From assembly GCA_946965045.2 (NCBI GenBank), contig OX337235.1:434001-498000 (forward strand): a DNA stretch of 64,000 nt, given 5' to 3'. The notes under the pieces were generated by a model. That model saw nothing but the letters and a program-made list of their open reading frames with translations. It ran no database searches and was not told the DNA's origin. The first letter of the stretch is position 1; every line of letters begins with the position of its first letter. A program made the translations under genes and the position numbers. This document shows positions 8,277-19,991 of the stretch, one piece after another. Source of the DNA: Epithemia pelagica. Taxonomy: Eukaryota > Protista > Bacillariophyta.

Positions 8277-11200
8277 TGGCGTCCGGCGGCTCTTATCTCC
8301 TCGCTCTCATCAAGAGGAGAGAGTGAGACAGAAGTGCTGCAGCCGGATTCTACAACGACGTGGGACCCAGGGGTGGCCCACATTTCAAATTTTCACAGCG
8401 CGCGCGACGTTGCTAGCAATATTGCGTCGGCTGCAACCCATGGTGATGACAGCGATGAGACCATGGATGACAACGAAACATCCTTCGACGGACCTCGAAC
8501 GGATTTAGACAGTCACGCAAATATGCCGGTCGTAGGCCGAAACTCCTACGTGATTGAGAGGCTTGAAAGGACAGTAGATGTCAAGCCATTTTCAAATGAC
8601 TACAAGGCCATGACGGCCGAACTGGTTCAAGCTGCCGTACGGTACGAGTCACCATATAACGGCAAAACGTATATTCTGGTAATACGAAACGCTATATACG
8701 TCCCAACCATGAACAACAACCTAATTCCTCCTTTCATGATGAGAGAAGCAGGAATCCATGTCAACGAAAGAGCCAAGATACACACGAGTGAGCCCACAAT
8801 TGATGACCACTCGATTGTTTTCCCATCGACAGGTTTCCGAATTCCCCTGTCTCTCCATGGCGTATTCTCATTCTTCCCTTCGGACAAGCCAACAGAAGAT
8901 GATCTTCAGGCTGGGTACGACACCTATGTGTTAACACCTGCTGTCTGGCAGCCTCATTCAACGGTCTATGCAGACAACGAGGCTGGGAGAGTGGATTGGG
9001 AGGGGAATATCAAGGAGCAGAGAGATTGGTCCATCCGCGTTGTGTTGGATGATTTGCCTCCAGTCGACGAATCGACAATGACAGCTAATGTGGCATCTGC
9101 TTTGGAAGCAAAATCAATTGACTGCACGTGTGGGCAAAGAGAGGCTGGCAGGCCAGAGAGGAGTAAGCGGCAAATAAGAACGTCCGATTCCCAACTCCAC
9201 GAAATCTCAGCTGTGCTTGCCGAAGAAACCATGATCAATACCTTGACAGCAAGGGCAGAGTTTGGCCATGACTGCATGGCAATTGGGGCAACAGATGTGG
9301 GCGAAAACCCATATGTGGTAACGGACGATGATGACAGGTCCATGAGTGATGGCTCGCATGAGTCGGTGAGCATTACAAGTGAAATGGATCTCGATGAATT
9401 CTTTGTTTCCGGTGTGACTGCTGGTAAATCACATGGAGTGGATGCTGCGCATCTGTCAAAAGTGTGGCGAATCAGCCATGACGATGCCAAAAGGACAATA
9501 CAAGCTACGTCACAGCATAGTGCCCGTCCAACTGACCCAACTCTCACCCAAAATTATGGTACGAATGACCGCATGCTTCGATACCGCCGAATCCACGAAT
9601 ACTTCTACATGGATACCTTCTTTGCTACAAAGCACGGGGGTAAATCTTCTCGTGGAAACATGTGCTGCCAACTGTTTGTGACGGACAAAGGTTTCATCTA
9701 CGTGGTACCGATGAAACGTAAATCCGAGGTCATGTCTGCTGTCAAGCAATTTGCCAAGGAAATTGGAGCTCCCGATGCCATCATCTGTGATATGGCACAG
9801 GAACAGGTCTCGTCAGACCTAAGAATGTTCCTGAATGACATAGGAACGACCCTTCGCGCGTTGAAGGAAGGGACACCATGGGCGAACAAGGCTGAACTCT
9901 ACATCAAATTGATGAAAGAGGCCGTTCGCAAGGATATGCGGGAATCCCACTCCCCTCTCCCTTTCTGGGACTATTGCCTTGAGAGGAGGGTGAGGATTTA
10001 CAATCTGACGGCCCGCGATTATCACAAGGTACGAGGCTCCAACCCGTACACATTGACTCTTGGGGAGGAGGGCGACATATCAAATTTATGTCAGTTCCAA
10101 TGGTACCAGTGGTGTTATTTCAGAGAACACACCGCTCGATTTCCCCACAACCAAGAGGTCCTTGGACGAGTTTTGGGCCCTGCACGAGGCGAGGGAAATG
10201 AGATGGCTCAGTGGGTATTGAAGGCAAATGGACGCATTGTCCCACGGCGTTCCGTGCGTGCCTTGCACCCCGCTGAAGAAACGAGTTCCAGTGAGCAATC
10301 AAAGCGACAAGCTTTTGACGCATTGATCGAGAGGAGGTATGGGAACTCCATCAATCCTCCACCACACCCCATCTCAGAAAATTCCGAAACTTTTGATCCG
10401 TATGAAGATGATCAAGAACCAGCTAGACCAATTCCAGAGATCGAAGACGCCGTCGACTTCAACGGTAAATTGCTGGATCAAGCACCGGTCTATGATAGGC
10501 TGATCAATGCAGAAGTCCAACTGCAGCTTGATGAACGAATGGCGAAAGGTATGGTCAAGCGTCGTGCACTGGGACCTGATGGAAAAGTATCAGGGAAATA
10601 CGACCATAACCCAACAAACAACTCCATCATATATGAAGTAGAATTCGATGATGGAACGGTGAAAGAGTATGCCGCGAATGTGATTGCAGAGAATATGCTC
10701 TCACAGGTAGACTCAGACGGAGTCACGATTCAGCTATTGGAAAGCATCATTGACTACAAGAGAGATGAGTCGGTCGCCGTGTCTAAGGCGGACAAATACG
10801 TCTACAATAAGCATGGACGACGACGGCTACGGAAAACCACAGCTGGCTGGTGGCTACTCGTACGGTGGCGCGACCAGTCTGAGTCCTGGATGAGGCTGTG
10901 CGAAATGAAGGAGTCATATCCAATTGAGACGGCAGAATTTGCGATCGCAAGAGGAATAGATGACGAACCGGCCTTCATATGGTGGGTTCGATACACCATA
11001 CGACGAAGGGATGCGATAATTGCGGCCCTGAAAACGCGTGCAAAACAAATCCGACACAAATATGGGATTGAGATTCCCACGAGTGTGGAGCATGCAAAGG
11101 AACTAGATCGCAAGAATGGAGACGATTACTGGATGAAAGCTCTCGCAAAGGAAATGTACAATGTGGGAGTTGCTTTTGAGATCCTGGAACCTGGCCAGCC

Positions 11201-12791
11201 TCCGCCGAAAGGCTGGCATAAGGTGACAGGCCATCTGGTGTGGGACGTGAAGATGGACTTTACCCGCAAAGCCAGATGGGTATTGGATGGGCACAAGACA
11301 CCAGACCCTGAGGGATCCACTTTTGCTGGAGTTGTATCTAGAGAGAGTGTTCGGATTTCCTTCACCTATGCTGCGTTGAATGGGCTGGACGTCTTCGCGG
11401 CCGACATTCGAAATGCCTATCTCCAAGCGCCATCATCGCGCAAGGATTACATTATTTGTGGCCCCGAGTTTGGGCTCGAGAATGTGGGGCGAGTTGCGCT
11501 GATACATCGGGCACTCTATGGGGGAAAGACAGCCGGAAAAGATTTCCGTAACCATCTGCGGTCTTGCATGCATTATCTGAAATTCCAGTCATGCCCTGCC
11601 GACCCTGATGTGTGGATGAGACCAGCTGAGAAAGCTGATGGTACCCCATATTATGAATTTGTGCTTCTGTATGTTGACGATGCACTGGTGATCAGTGAGA
11701 ATGCCGAGAGGATCCTACGAGAGGAAATCGGTCGATATTTTGAACTCAAGGAAGAGTCCATTGGAGCGCCAACGCTCTACCTTGGTGGAAGAGTACGAAA
11801 GGTACAATTGGAAAACGGTGTGTACGCCTGGGCCTTCAGTTCGTCACAATACGTTCAAGCCGCTGTGAAAGGGGTGGAAGAATGGATAAGCAAGCGGGCT
11901 GATGATTGTTGGAAGCTGCCAGCAAAAGCCGAGACACCGATGAGGTCAACATATCGTCCGGAGCTCGATGTGACCCCTGAGCTTGGTCCAGAGGAGGCAT
12001 CATACTATCAGTCGTTGATTGGTGTGTTGCGATGGATTGTCGAGCTAGGGAGAGTCGACATTTGTCTGGAAGTGTCCGTCATGTCTTCACATCTGGCTCT
12101 ACCAAGGGAAGGACACCTTGAGCAAGTCTTCCAAATCTTTGCCTATCTCAAGAAATACCACAATGCCGAATTGGTTTATGATCCGAGTGACCCCGTTGTG
12201 GAGATGAGTGACTTTGAGAGGAGAGACTGGACGGCAAGCAAGTTTGGCCATATAGAGGGTAAGGAAGAATATCCGCCAAATATGCCTGAGCCTCGCGGCA
12301 TGGGTTTTGTGATGCGAGCGAAGGTTGACGCCGACCATGCGTCGGACACTGTTACCCGCCGATCCCGCACGGGCTTCTTTGTATTCCTGAACAGTGCCCT
12401 GGTTTTTTGGTGGAGTAAGAAACAGACGAGTGTTGAGTCCTCGTCTTTCGGGTCAGAATTCATTGCCATGAAGCAATGTTGTGAGTACTTACGTGGTTTG
12501 AGGTACAAGCTCCGCATGTTGGGGATCCCATGTGAGGGACCTGCTTTTATTTACGGCGACAACCAATCGGTATTAGCCAACACGACGATACCCGACTCTG
12601 CTTTGAAGAAGAAGAGCCAGTCGATTGCGTATCATTTTGTCAGAGAAGGATCTGCCAGAGACGAATGGCGGACATCTTATGTGAACACCCATGAAAATGA
12701 GGCAGATCTGTTGACGAAACTTCTGCCGAGCGGTGAAAAGAGGAGAGGGTTTGTGATGAAGCTCCTACACCACATTTTCAGAACTGGATGA
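8277..12791 (+). CDS. pol: Pol of element A (PR, IN, RT, RNase H), in frame with gag after a single TGA
   Basis: PR DLDSHAN; IN MDTFF / ICDMA / KAELY; RT LLYVDD; RH VDADHA..YGDNQSV..NEADLLTK. Confidence 0.95.
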   Translation, partial: WRPAALISSLSSRGESETEVLQPDSTTTWDPGVAHISNFHSARDVASNIASAATHGDDSDETMDDNETSFDGPRTDLDSHANMPVVGRNSYVIERLERTVDVKPFSNDYKAMTAELVQAAVRYESPYNGKTYILVIRNAIYVPTMNNNLIPPFMMREAGIHVNERAKIHTSEPTIDDHSIVFPSTGFRIPLSLHGVFSFFPSDKPTEDDLQAGYDTYVLTPAVWQPHSTVYADNEAGRVDWEGNIKEQRDWSIRVVLDDLPPVDESTMTANVASALEAKSIDCTCGQREAGRPERSKRQIRTSDSQLHEISAVLAEETMINTLTARAEFGHDCMAIGATDVGENPYVVTDDDDRSMSDGSHESVSITSEMDLDEFFVSGVTAGKSHGVDAAHLSKVWRISHDDAKRTIQATSQHSARPTDPTLTQNYGTNDRMLRYRRIHEYFYMDTFFATKHGGKSSRGNMCCQLFVTDKGFIYVVPMKRKSEVMSAVKQFAKEIGAPDAIICDMAQEQVSSDLRMFLNDIGTTLRALKEGTPWANKAELYIKLMKEAVRKDMRESHSPLPFWDYCLERRVRIYNLTARDYHKVRGSNPYTLTLGEEGDISNLCQFQWYQWCYFREHTARFPHNQEVLGRVLGPARGEGNEMAQWVLKANGRIVPRRSVRALHPAEETSSSEQSKRQAFDALIERRYGNSINPPPHPISENSETFDPYEDDQEPARPIPEIEDAVDFNGKLLDQAPVYDRLINAEVQLQLDERMAKGMVKRRALGPDGKVSGKYDHNPTNNSIIYEVEFDDGTVKEYAANVIAENMLSQVDSDGVTIQLLESIIDYKRDESVAVSKADKYVYNKHGRRRLRKTTAGWWLLVRWRDQSESWMRLCEMKESYPIETAEFAIARGIDDEPAFIWWVRYTIRRRDAIIAALKTRAKQIRHKYGIEIPTSVEHAKELDRKNGDDYWMKALAKEMYNVGVAFEILEPGQPPPKGWHKVTGHLVWDVKMDFTRKARWVLDGHKTPDPEGSTFAGVVSRESVRISFTYAALNGLDVFAADIRNAYLQAPSSRKDYIICGPEFGLENVGRVALIHRALYGGKTAGKDFRNHLRSCMHYLKFQSCPADPDVWMRPAEKADGTPYYEFVLLYVDDALVISENAERILREEIGRYFELKEESIGAPTLYLGGRVRKVQLENGVYAWAFSSSQYVQAAVKGVEEWISKRADDCWKLPAKAETPMRSTYRPELDVTPELGPEEASYYQSLIGVLRWIVELGRVDICLEVSVMSSHLALPREGHLEQVFQIFAYLKKYHNAELVYDPSDPVVEMSDFERRDWTASKFGHIEGKEEYPPNMPEPRGMGFVMRAKVDADHASDTVTRRSRTGFFVFLNSALVFWWSKKQTSVESSSFGSEFIAMKQCCEYLRGLRYKLRMLGIPCEGPAFIYGDNQSVLANTTIPDSALKKKSQSIAYHFVREGSARDEWRTSYVNTHENEADLLTKLLPSGEKRRGFVMKLLHHIFRTG

Positions 12792-12934
12792 AACACAGAT
12801 GGGTGACGAGTGGATTACGTACGGAGCGGAACCACTCGGCTAGAATGCGGTGGACGTAGCCATGTTGGTGAACCACCTGAAATACGAAATTGTGGGAACG
12901 GTTGCAAGGTTACCCCATGCGGTGGGATCACCTT

Positions 12935-12942
12935 GAGAGGAG
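12935..12942 (+). promoter_or_regulatory. Polypurine tract of A
   Basis: GAGAGGAG immediately before the 3' LTR TG. Confidence 0.75.
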
Positions 12943-13285
12943 TGTTGAAATTGTGCATGTATCCGTGAGAGATCTAATTGTATGTCACATTGTATAACCG
13001 TTCCAAACGGTCAGCGATACGAGCCGGCCGTCTTCGCCAAATTGGACGACGACAGTAGTGGTGTCTTATTCTACCTGATAGAATCCGTTCCAAAGAAAGA
13101 CTAAGATAATCGTTACAACTACATCCAACGCATAAAACCAGTAAAGTGGTAACCGATAATGTCCGTACAAATTTCCCCCCGGCCATAAGGCCCAATCTAC
13201 GTCATGCTGACGTATCAATCCCGTATCGACCAGAATGAGACAGTCCCCGCCAGTCAACATGCCATGGAATTGATGACTGGCTCCC

Positions 13286-16200
13286 TCAGAGGGCGGATGG
13301 ATTGATACCAGCAGTGGACATAGAAGGTGGACCACTGGACCCAAAAGCCGAAGAATACGTAAACTGCGAAATCAAGTTGTTCCGCCGCTCCTGTGGCAGG
13401 ACCTTGGTAAACAAGTCTGCAATATTGGATTCGGTATCTTCCTTGCCGACGCGTATAATCGACGCTGCAGCCGCCTCCCGCACCGCATGATAATTGATAG
13501 CATTATGCCGCTTGCTGAGAACCGAAGAAGGCAGACTGGTGTTCTTCACCACGCCACGATTGTCACAGAGTACATTGGCTGGTCCGGCCAAAGGAACCCC
13601 GAACATCCGAAGTTTGTAACGCAATGCAACAATCATCTCCTTGGCGATCCGAAGAGCAACGAACTCGCTCCCAAAACTTGAAGTCTCCACAGTATTTTGC
13701 CTCTTCGAGTACCACAGGATGGGAGCATTTTGGAGAAAGATTAAGATCCCGGTGTGCGATCGACGAGTCACGATGTTCCCGGCGTGATCGGCATCAACGA
13801 AACACGTGATAGTCACGGGCCGTCCTAACGCCAGCGGCATATCGGACGGAATCTCTTCAGCAACATCCCCATAAAACTCTTTCCATTAGTCCAATGGAAC
13901 CTGCGGGAAACAAGATTCATCCAGCACCACATCTTTTGGATTGAACACCAACTTCAGCTTGGGATGTGTTTTGAGGAAGGCGAATATGTGATACACCGCT
14001 TCGAGATGCCCTTCCCTTGGATTCGCTAAGAACTGCGACAAGATCGAGACCTCCAAATAGACGTCCACACGACCGAGCTCCACTGCCCACCTGAGAATCC
14101 CAATCAGCTGTTGATATCGTGAGGTGAGTCTTGCGTCTAGCTCTGGGCTGGTATCCAGTTCAGGCTTGTACGATGAGATGACGGGGACCCGTGCCGTGGT
14201 CTTCAAATGTTTGCCGTCCCCGTCCTCCTTCAGCAGGTCTTCGACGATCCGAATGGCATTGGACACATACTTTTCACTGGACATTCCCCATGCCCAGTCA
14301 CCACTAGGTAAGTTGTGCTTGTAAATCTGCGCGCCCAAATATACAGTCGGCTCACCCACGCTTCCTGCCTTGATCTTGTAATGTCGGTCGATCTCGTCGA
14401 TTACCGGTTGTGGGTCATCACTGACCAACAAGATGTCATCCACATATACTAAAATAAGCTCGTAGTATTCCTCTCCCGATGCCTTTCTCGCCTTTCTCCG
14501 TAGGACGCATGCATCCGCTCTAGTATCGACAAAACCCATGTCATAAAGCGTGACCATGAGCGTGGCTCTCCAACTTGCACCCGATGACTTGAGCCCGTAT
14601 AGCGCTCGCACCATGACACAAACCTTGCCCTGGAACTCGTTCCCTACCTCAGCTCCGCCATGGAACCAAATCTTCTCCCTGCATGGTGCATTCAAGTATG
14701 CGTTCCCGATGTCGCATGCCAACACTTTCAGCCCATTTAGTGCGGCAATGAGAAAGGCGACTCGGATAGAATCTCGGCTGACGACACTGGAATATGTGAG
14801 GCTGGACGGCGCGTCGGTCATATGGCCACCAGCCACCAACCGCGCTTTCCTCGTCAGGTCCATTTTAACGTCGAAAACCATATGACATTTAATTTCCGTG
14901 TAGCCAATGAGCTGTCGCCCGGCGCGTACCTCGTCGATGTCTAAGTCGTCCCGTGCTTCCCATGCTACCTTCACTACCTTGAGTTCCTTGTTGATAGCGT
15001 CCCTCCAGAACGTAGTTCCAGTTAGTTTGTCTATCTTTAAAGCTTCTTCCACCGAGTGGGGTAGTTTTATCCCATACTTCTCGGTGGTTTTCCAGTATTT
15101 TTTCTTCACCTTCTTTACCATCCGACGCATGTGGTTGAGCGTCTGTGGGACCCACCACTTGAACGCCGGTTCCTCCACGAGCCCTTGTGCGACCGCGTAT
15201 TCTGCCAACTCGATGGCGTACCCATTTTTCGCGTCCCGTAGAGGTATCCACATCTGTTTCCCAACGCGGCATTCGACAGCTATTTCCCATCCCTTGGTTG
15301 TTCTCTTCGGGTGTTTGTTACCATTCTTGCCTTCATGGTACCCATCCTCAACCCTCACGGCGTCCCCGTTTTTCCTGTGACCGACTACCTCTTGGATCAC
15401 CAGAAACCTTTTCCCTTCAGTATCCAGTTGAGAATATAAGTTCTCCGCCACCAGGTTCGCCGTGTATTCCTGTATTACTCCACCTGGGAATCCTACTTGG
15501 TAAGTCCTGGTGTCAAATCGTGGGTTGCGATGCGGTTTTCCCACAGGCTTCCCGTCTAACCCTTTCTGTCTTTTCACTACCGTGCCGAACATTCGCTCGC
15601 CTCCCACTTCGACTTGTATCTGTGCCCCAATGTATTCGTCGTGTCCTTCCCCATGTGCGTCAGCATCCTTTGTTTCCTCCACCACCATATCTCCGTATTC
15701 CTCATCAGACGGGACGATCCCGATCCGTCCCCGTCTTTCCTCTTCTGACTCCAAATTCTCCATGTCCTCCAAGTAACCTGGTCCTTTCCCTTCCGTGTCA
15801 GTGAAGTTCCGGTCATCTAACCTCTCTTCAACAATCAACTTGAACTGCTTAACCTTCTCGGCGATTTCTGGCTTCAGCATATCGTCGTCTGTGACGTGCT
15901 GGACTGTTGTCCGAGCGATGACCTTGCCGCTTTTGGTCAACACCCAATAGCAGAGATCGCTGCCAATTCGGTGAGCGATTCCCAACCAGTATCCCAATTG
16001 AGCATTGTCGTCAGCGGTATCAGTTTTCACGTTGTTGTGAAACCAAACTAAGTCAAAAAATGAAAAATCAATCCACTCCGAGATGTCGGGCGTATCCCCC
16101 GAGAGTCGTTCCAACCCGGTTCGGCCGTCTTGTCCCCGAGCGACTCGACTGAGTATGCCCGCTTCATAAACGAGGCCAAAATCCCACAGTCGCTTGGGCA

Positions 16201-19200
16201 CATGCAAGTCAGTGGCACGACGGTGCCATCGTTGCTTCAACAATCCGATTTCGCGCTCGGCGCGATGATTTTGCTTTCCAGTGTGACGTTCCGTCCAGTG
16301 GATGTCCACACGGTGCATCCGGACTAACTTCCGGAATAGGGTGGATTCTCCAAACTGCTCACCCGCCATATCCGCGGTGAGCTTGTCCGGGATCCCAACT
16401 TCGTCGATAAATTGCGCGAGCGCCTGTCCGACTTGTGCCTTACTAGGTAGAGGGTAAACCGCGGTAAAGTGTCCGTCCGTAAACAACTGAGCACATTTGT
16501 TTCCGGACAAAGACGTCGTCTTGGAGAACAATGTGTCCGTATGAAAGCGTGTGTGGAGGCGATTCCGGTGTAATGCTAGATTGTCTACCCTGTATCGCCG
16601 CGTGATTGGCGAGATAGCCGTGCGGATCCCCTGTTGGGTGGTCACTCGGAGGGTATTTCGAGCGGAATCGAGCCCGATGCGCCACTTGCGACTGAGACTC
16701 TCCGCAGTGGCCGAGCCATGCCGCGAGCTCTCGACTTGTTTAACTCGCGGACGAGAGGCCAACTCGCGTGTAATCCCTTCCGGGGTCAAGGCGACAGAAA
16801 TCTCCCCAATCCCGGCCATGCTCGGTCCATACGTTTCCAGATATGGGCTTGCGTCCTGGACTGACAGGTCAACCGTGTGGGGATCCCACATTTCTTGACG
16901 TGTAACAGTAACAGAAGGCATCTGTTCGATGTCTTGAGGACTTGGTGCTCGGGACTCAAAGTACACCGTCGTTCCGTGTAACTGAAACGGGATGTGAAAC
17001 CCATCCACCCAAATTCCGAATCCTTCACGATCCTTTCTCGTCGGGTCGTCCCGAACATCGTGCCCAGCATGGCGAATCTGGTTTTGATTCAACAATGTTT
17101 TATCCAACTTATCCCCGAACCACAACATTTGGTGTCCTATCACTACGATTTCTAAGCCAGATTTCGCCTCCCTGACGACAGTGGCACATGTCGCCACTGG
17201 CACCGAAGATTTTCCCACCTGGTTGCCTGCAAAATCGTTAACGGTACACTCCATCCCCGTTGTCTCAAGCAGAGTCCAATTGCGCCCCGCGCAACATGTA
17301 TCCGCCATCGTGTCCATTTCGTTCCTACCAATGGTTCCCGCTTTTCCTTGTTCCAACAACCAACCCTTGGCGACTTGACCAACGCGTCGCTGTGGCCCGC
17401 AATGGACGACCGCCATTCCCCGATGGCCATTCCCAGTGCTCCCTGCTGTCCCAGTGTTGTCATCTCCGTATGCCCCATTCCCAAATCTTCTCCCGTTTGT
17501 ACTCCCCCTTTCTCGTTCCCCTTGTGTGGCTGTGCCAGTTTCCGTCCTTGTGTCCTGATCGTTGTTGGTGATATCGGTGATAATTGACTGGTCCCCACCA
17601 GTCTGGATCTCAGAAATGCCACGACCACGGCCTGCACCGCGACCCCCATGTCCATGACGTCCCCGACCACCGAGACCGCGGCCGCCGCCACGACCACCAT
17701 GAACACGAACCCGTGCGCGTTCCTGGTGAATATAAGCTTGCCCAGCAGGGCCAAGGGTCGCCATTTCTTCACTTGAAAAACGACGAGTGACGTCGGTGAC
17801 ATCAACACCGTAGAAGGTGTAGATTCCGTTGGTTTGCTGGAGTCCAGTAAAGTTCCGTGGACGGTTGGCGGGGTTCGAGGTGGTTTCCGATATGAAGCGG
17901 TGACGGCCTTGGTTACGTCGATTACCACCAACGGCGACGTCCGGATAGATATCCGATATTTCGCGTGAGATATACGCAATGGCCCCTGGTAAGTCCGTGC
18001 GATGGTTGCTTCGAACGTACGACTTGATGACAGCGAACTCAGCCGTTGCAATCTTCATGTTGTCAATGAGAATCTTGACTTGGTTCGATGCCGTGCGCCG
18101 ATTAGGGGTATTGTCCAGGGTACGAAAAGCCCGCAAAAGTTTTGCAGAGTAAGCATCAAAACTAAAGACGCGTTCGTTTTGATATAAGACCGTCTCTAGG
18201 ATGGCCTCGGCCTTGGAGATACGCCGTTCCTTTTGGCCGCCGCCATCGAAATGATCCACGAGTGCAAGCCATGCACGGCGTCCATCTTGAGATGCCTGGT
18301 ACGGCTGGATCCAAGTGGCAGGTTGATCTTTCACTAGATCGCTCAACAGCCGAAATACCTCCTTGTTATCTTCCTTGTAGTAGGGGCCACCTAGAGGGTA
18401 GCTATAGAGCTCTTGTTCCCTAGTACTAGCAAAAACATGAGTCGGAGCTAGGTCCGGACGGATCACATAGTCCAATGGGGCCTTCTGTTTTCCGTATATG
18501 TGAGACAGATACGTGGGGAATTCTTGACTCCAATCTTCCCAGTCTTCTTCCTTGAGGGCGGAGGGCTTAATATCTGGTGCGGAGGATTTTTCTGCCTGGA
18601 TTTCCATGGCGTCCAACGATTCTGCCAAGACTTCCGTGGTGAAATCTCCATAGTTAAGCGGACGACCCTGTCGACGCGCCCGTGCCGACCAGAAACACAT
18701 TCCTTGAATGTTCTTGACGACACTTGTAGGGATGGCGACGTTATGCGGGTAAGGACGTTTCTCCAATCGCGACGCTAGCTGAGTCACGTCATCCGATGTC
18801 ATCCTTCCGTATGACTCTAGAGTATTAAGCCGTTCCGTGTGTTCCAAGGCATAAATCTCGAAAGGATTCGCGCCACACACGGATAGGGCCATTCCGACTG
18901 CAGAAAGTGGCGGTGGTGGTGGTGGTGGTGGCACGCCTGGAGGTACTCCACCCCCGCCTCCTCCTCCAGCGCCTCCTCCTCCAGCACCTCCGCCGTCGCC
19001 TCCTCCTCCTGCACCATGCCCTCCAGCACCTCCTCCGCCAGGGGCGCCAGGTCCTCCCGCCCCAGCTGCTCCTGGCACTCCTCCACCTGCACCGGCGATG
19101 CCGCCGGCGCCTCCTGTTCCTGCGGCACCTGCACCTGCAGTGCCCGTTCCAGACGCGCCCCCTGGCGCAGCTACTCCTGGAGCCGTTCCTCCTGCGGCCA

Positions 19201-19414
19201 TCCCTGCCGCGCTTCCTCCCGTTCCCGGTGTACCTCCGGGCGGGTCACTTCCTCCCGTCGGTACCGTACTCGTGCCATGACGTGAAGTACGGCCCGTGGC
19301 TCCAGGGTTCCCACTTCCACTTCCACTCCCAGTTCCGCTTCCGCTTCTGCTTCCGCTTCCTCCGCTTCCGCTCCCGGTTGCAGTTTTCGTATTCGATCGC
19401 GTCGATGTAGCCAT
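13286..19414 (-). pseudogene. Gag-Pol of element B; single ORF broken by one TAA (13886-13888) between RT and RNase H
   Basis: Gly-rich N-terminus; PR EMDTMADTCC; IN HTDTLF / TADMAGE / RAERE; RT LVYVDDIL; after the stop WKEFYGD continues in frame to RH VDADHAGN..LCDNRGV..NIADLFTK. Confidence 0.92.
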
Positions 19415-19431
19415 CCTTCGTTATCCTTTAC

Positions 19432-19452
19432 CAGACGATGGGTCTGATAAAC
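19432..19452 (-). promoter_or_regulatory. Primer-binding site of B (same 21-mer as A), now separated from its LTR by element C
   Basis: Minus strand reads GTTTATCAGACCCATCGTCTG; its first 5 nt were duplicated as C's TSD. Confidence 0.75.
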
Positions 19453-19975
19453 TCGCACAAGGTAGATGACCGTGACTGATCGTACGATGAGTCACGATCA
19501 ATACCTAGTGGTTTCATCTGGCTGTGACGTCATAATATACAAACACCTAGCACATGTAGATCGTAGTTTAGACAATGGGGAGAAAGGGAATACGATAGGA
19601 GGCGCTTTCAATGGCCTTGGACATGAGCTAGACATCATCCATGAACATGTGCGATATCTTGGGACGATTGAATGCGATCTAGATGTCAGATGCACACGAA
19701 CCAGCAATGCTGCGTGTAGATTTCTACGTACCTAGTACAAATGGATGGAAAAGGGGAAACAACAACAACGAGCACTAACATAGACGATAACACTCACAAT
19801 TCTAAAAAGCATCATCATCACATCTCTTTGTGTCCTACCTACTCTTCTAGTAGTTGTTGGCCTTTTCCTTGACCCGTGGGGGATTGGCTACGTGGTTGGT
19901 GCCTTGAATTGTCTAACGCTTTGTTGTATCTTTGATTGTTGTGTCGTAACGACCGGAGTCCTTCATCTTTTGTCA

Positions 19976-19991
19976 GATTAACAGTCTCAAC
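19976..19991 (+). promoter_or_regulatory. Primer-binding site of C (complementary to a tRNA-Asn(GUU)-like anticodon arm)
   Basis: GATTAACAGTCTCAAC abuts the LTR; reverse complement TGAGA-CTGTTAA-TC is an anticodon stem-loop with GTT. Confidence 0.7.

Noticed and set aside
18817-19458. Overlapping alternate-frame and antisense ORFs across B's Gly-rich gag
   Set aside because: Expected by-product of GC-rich low-complexity codons; no independent signal.
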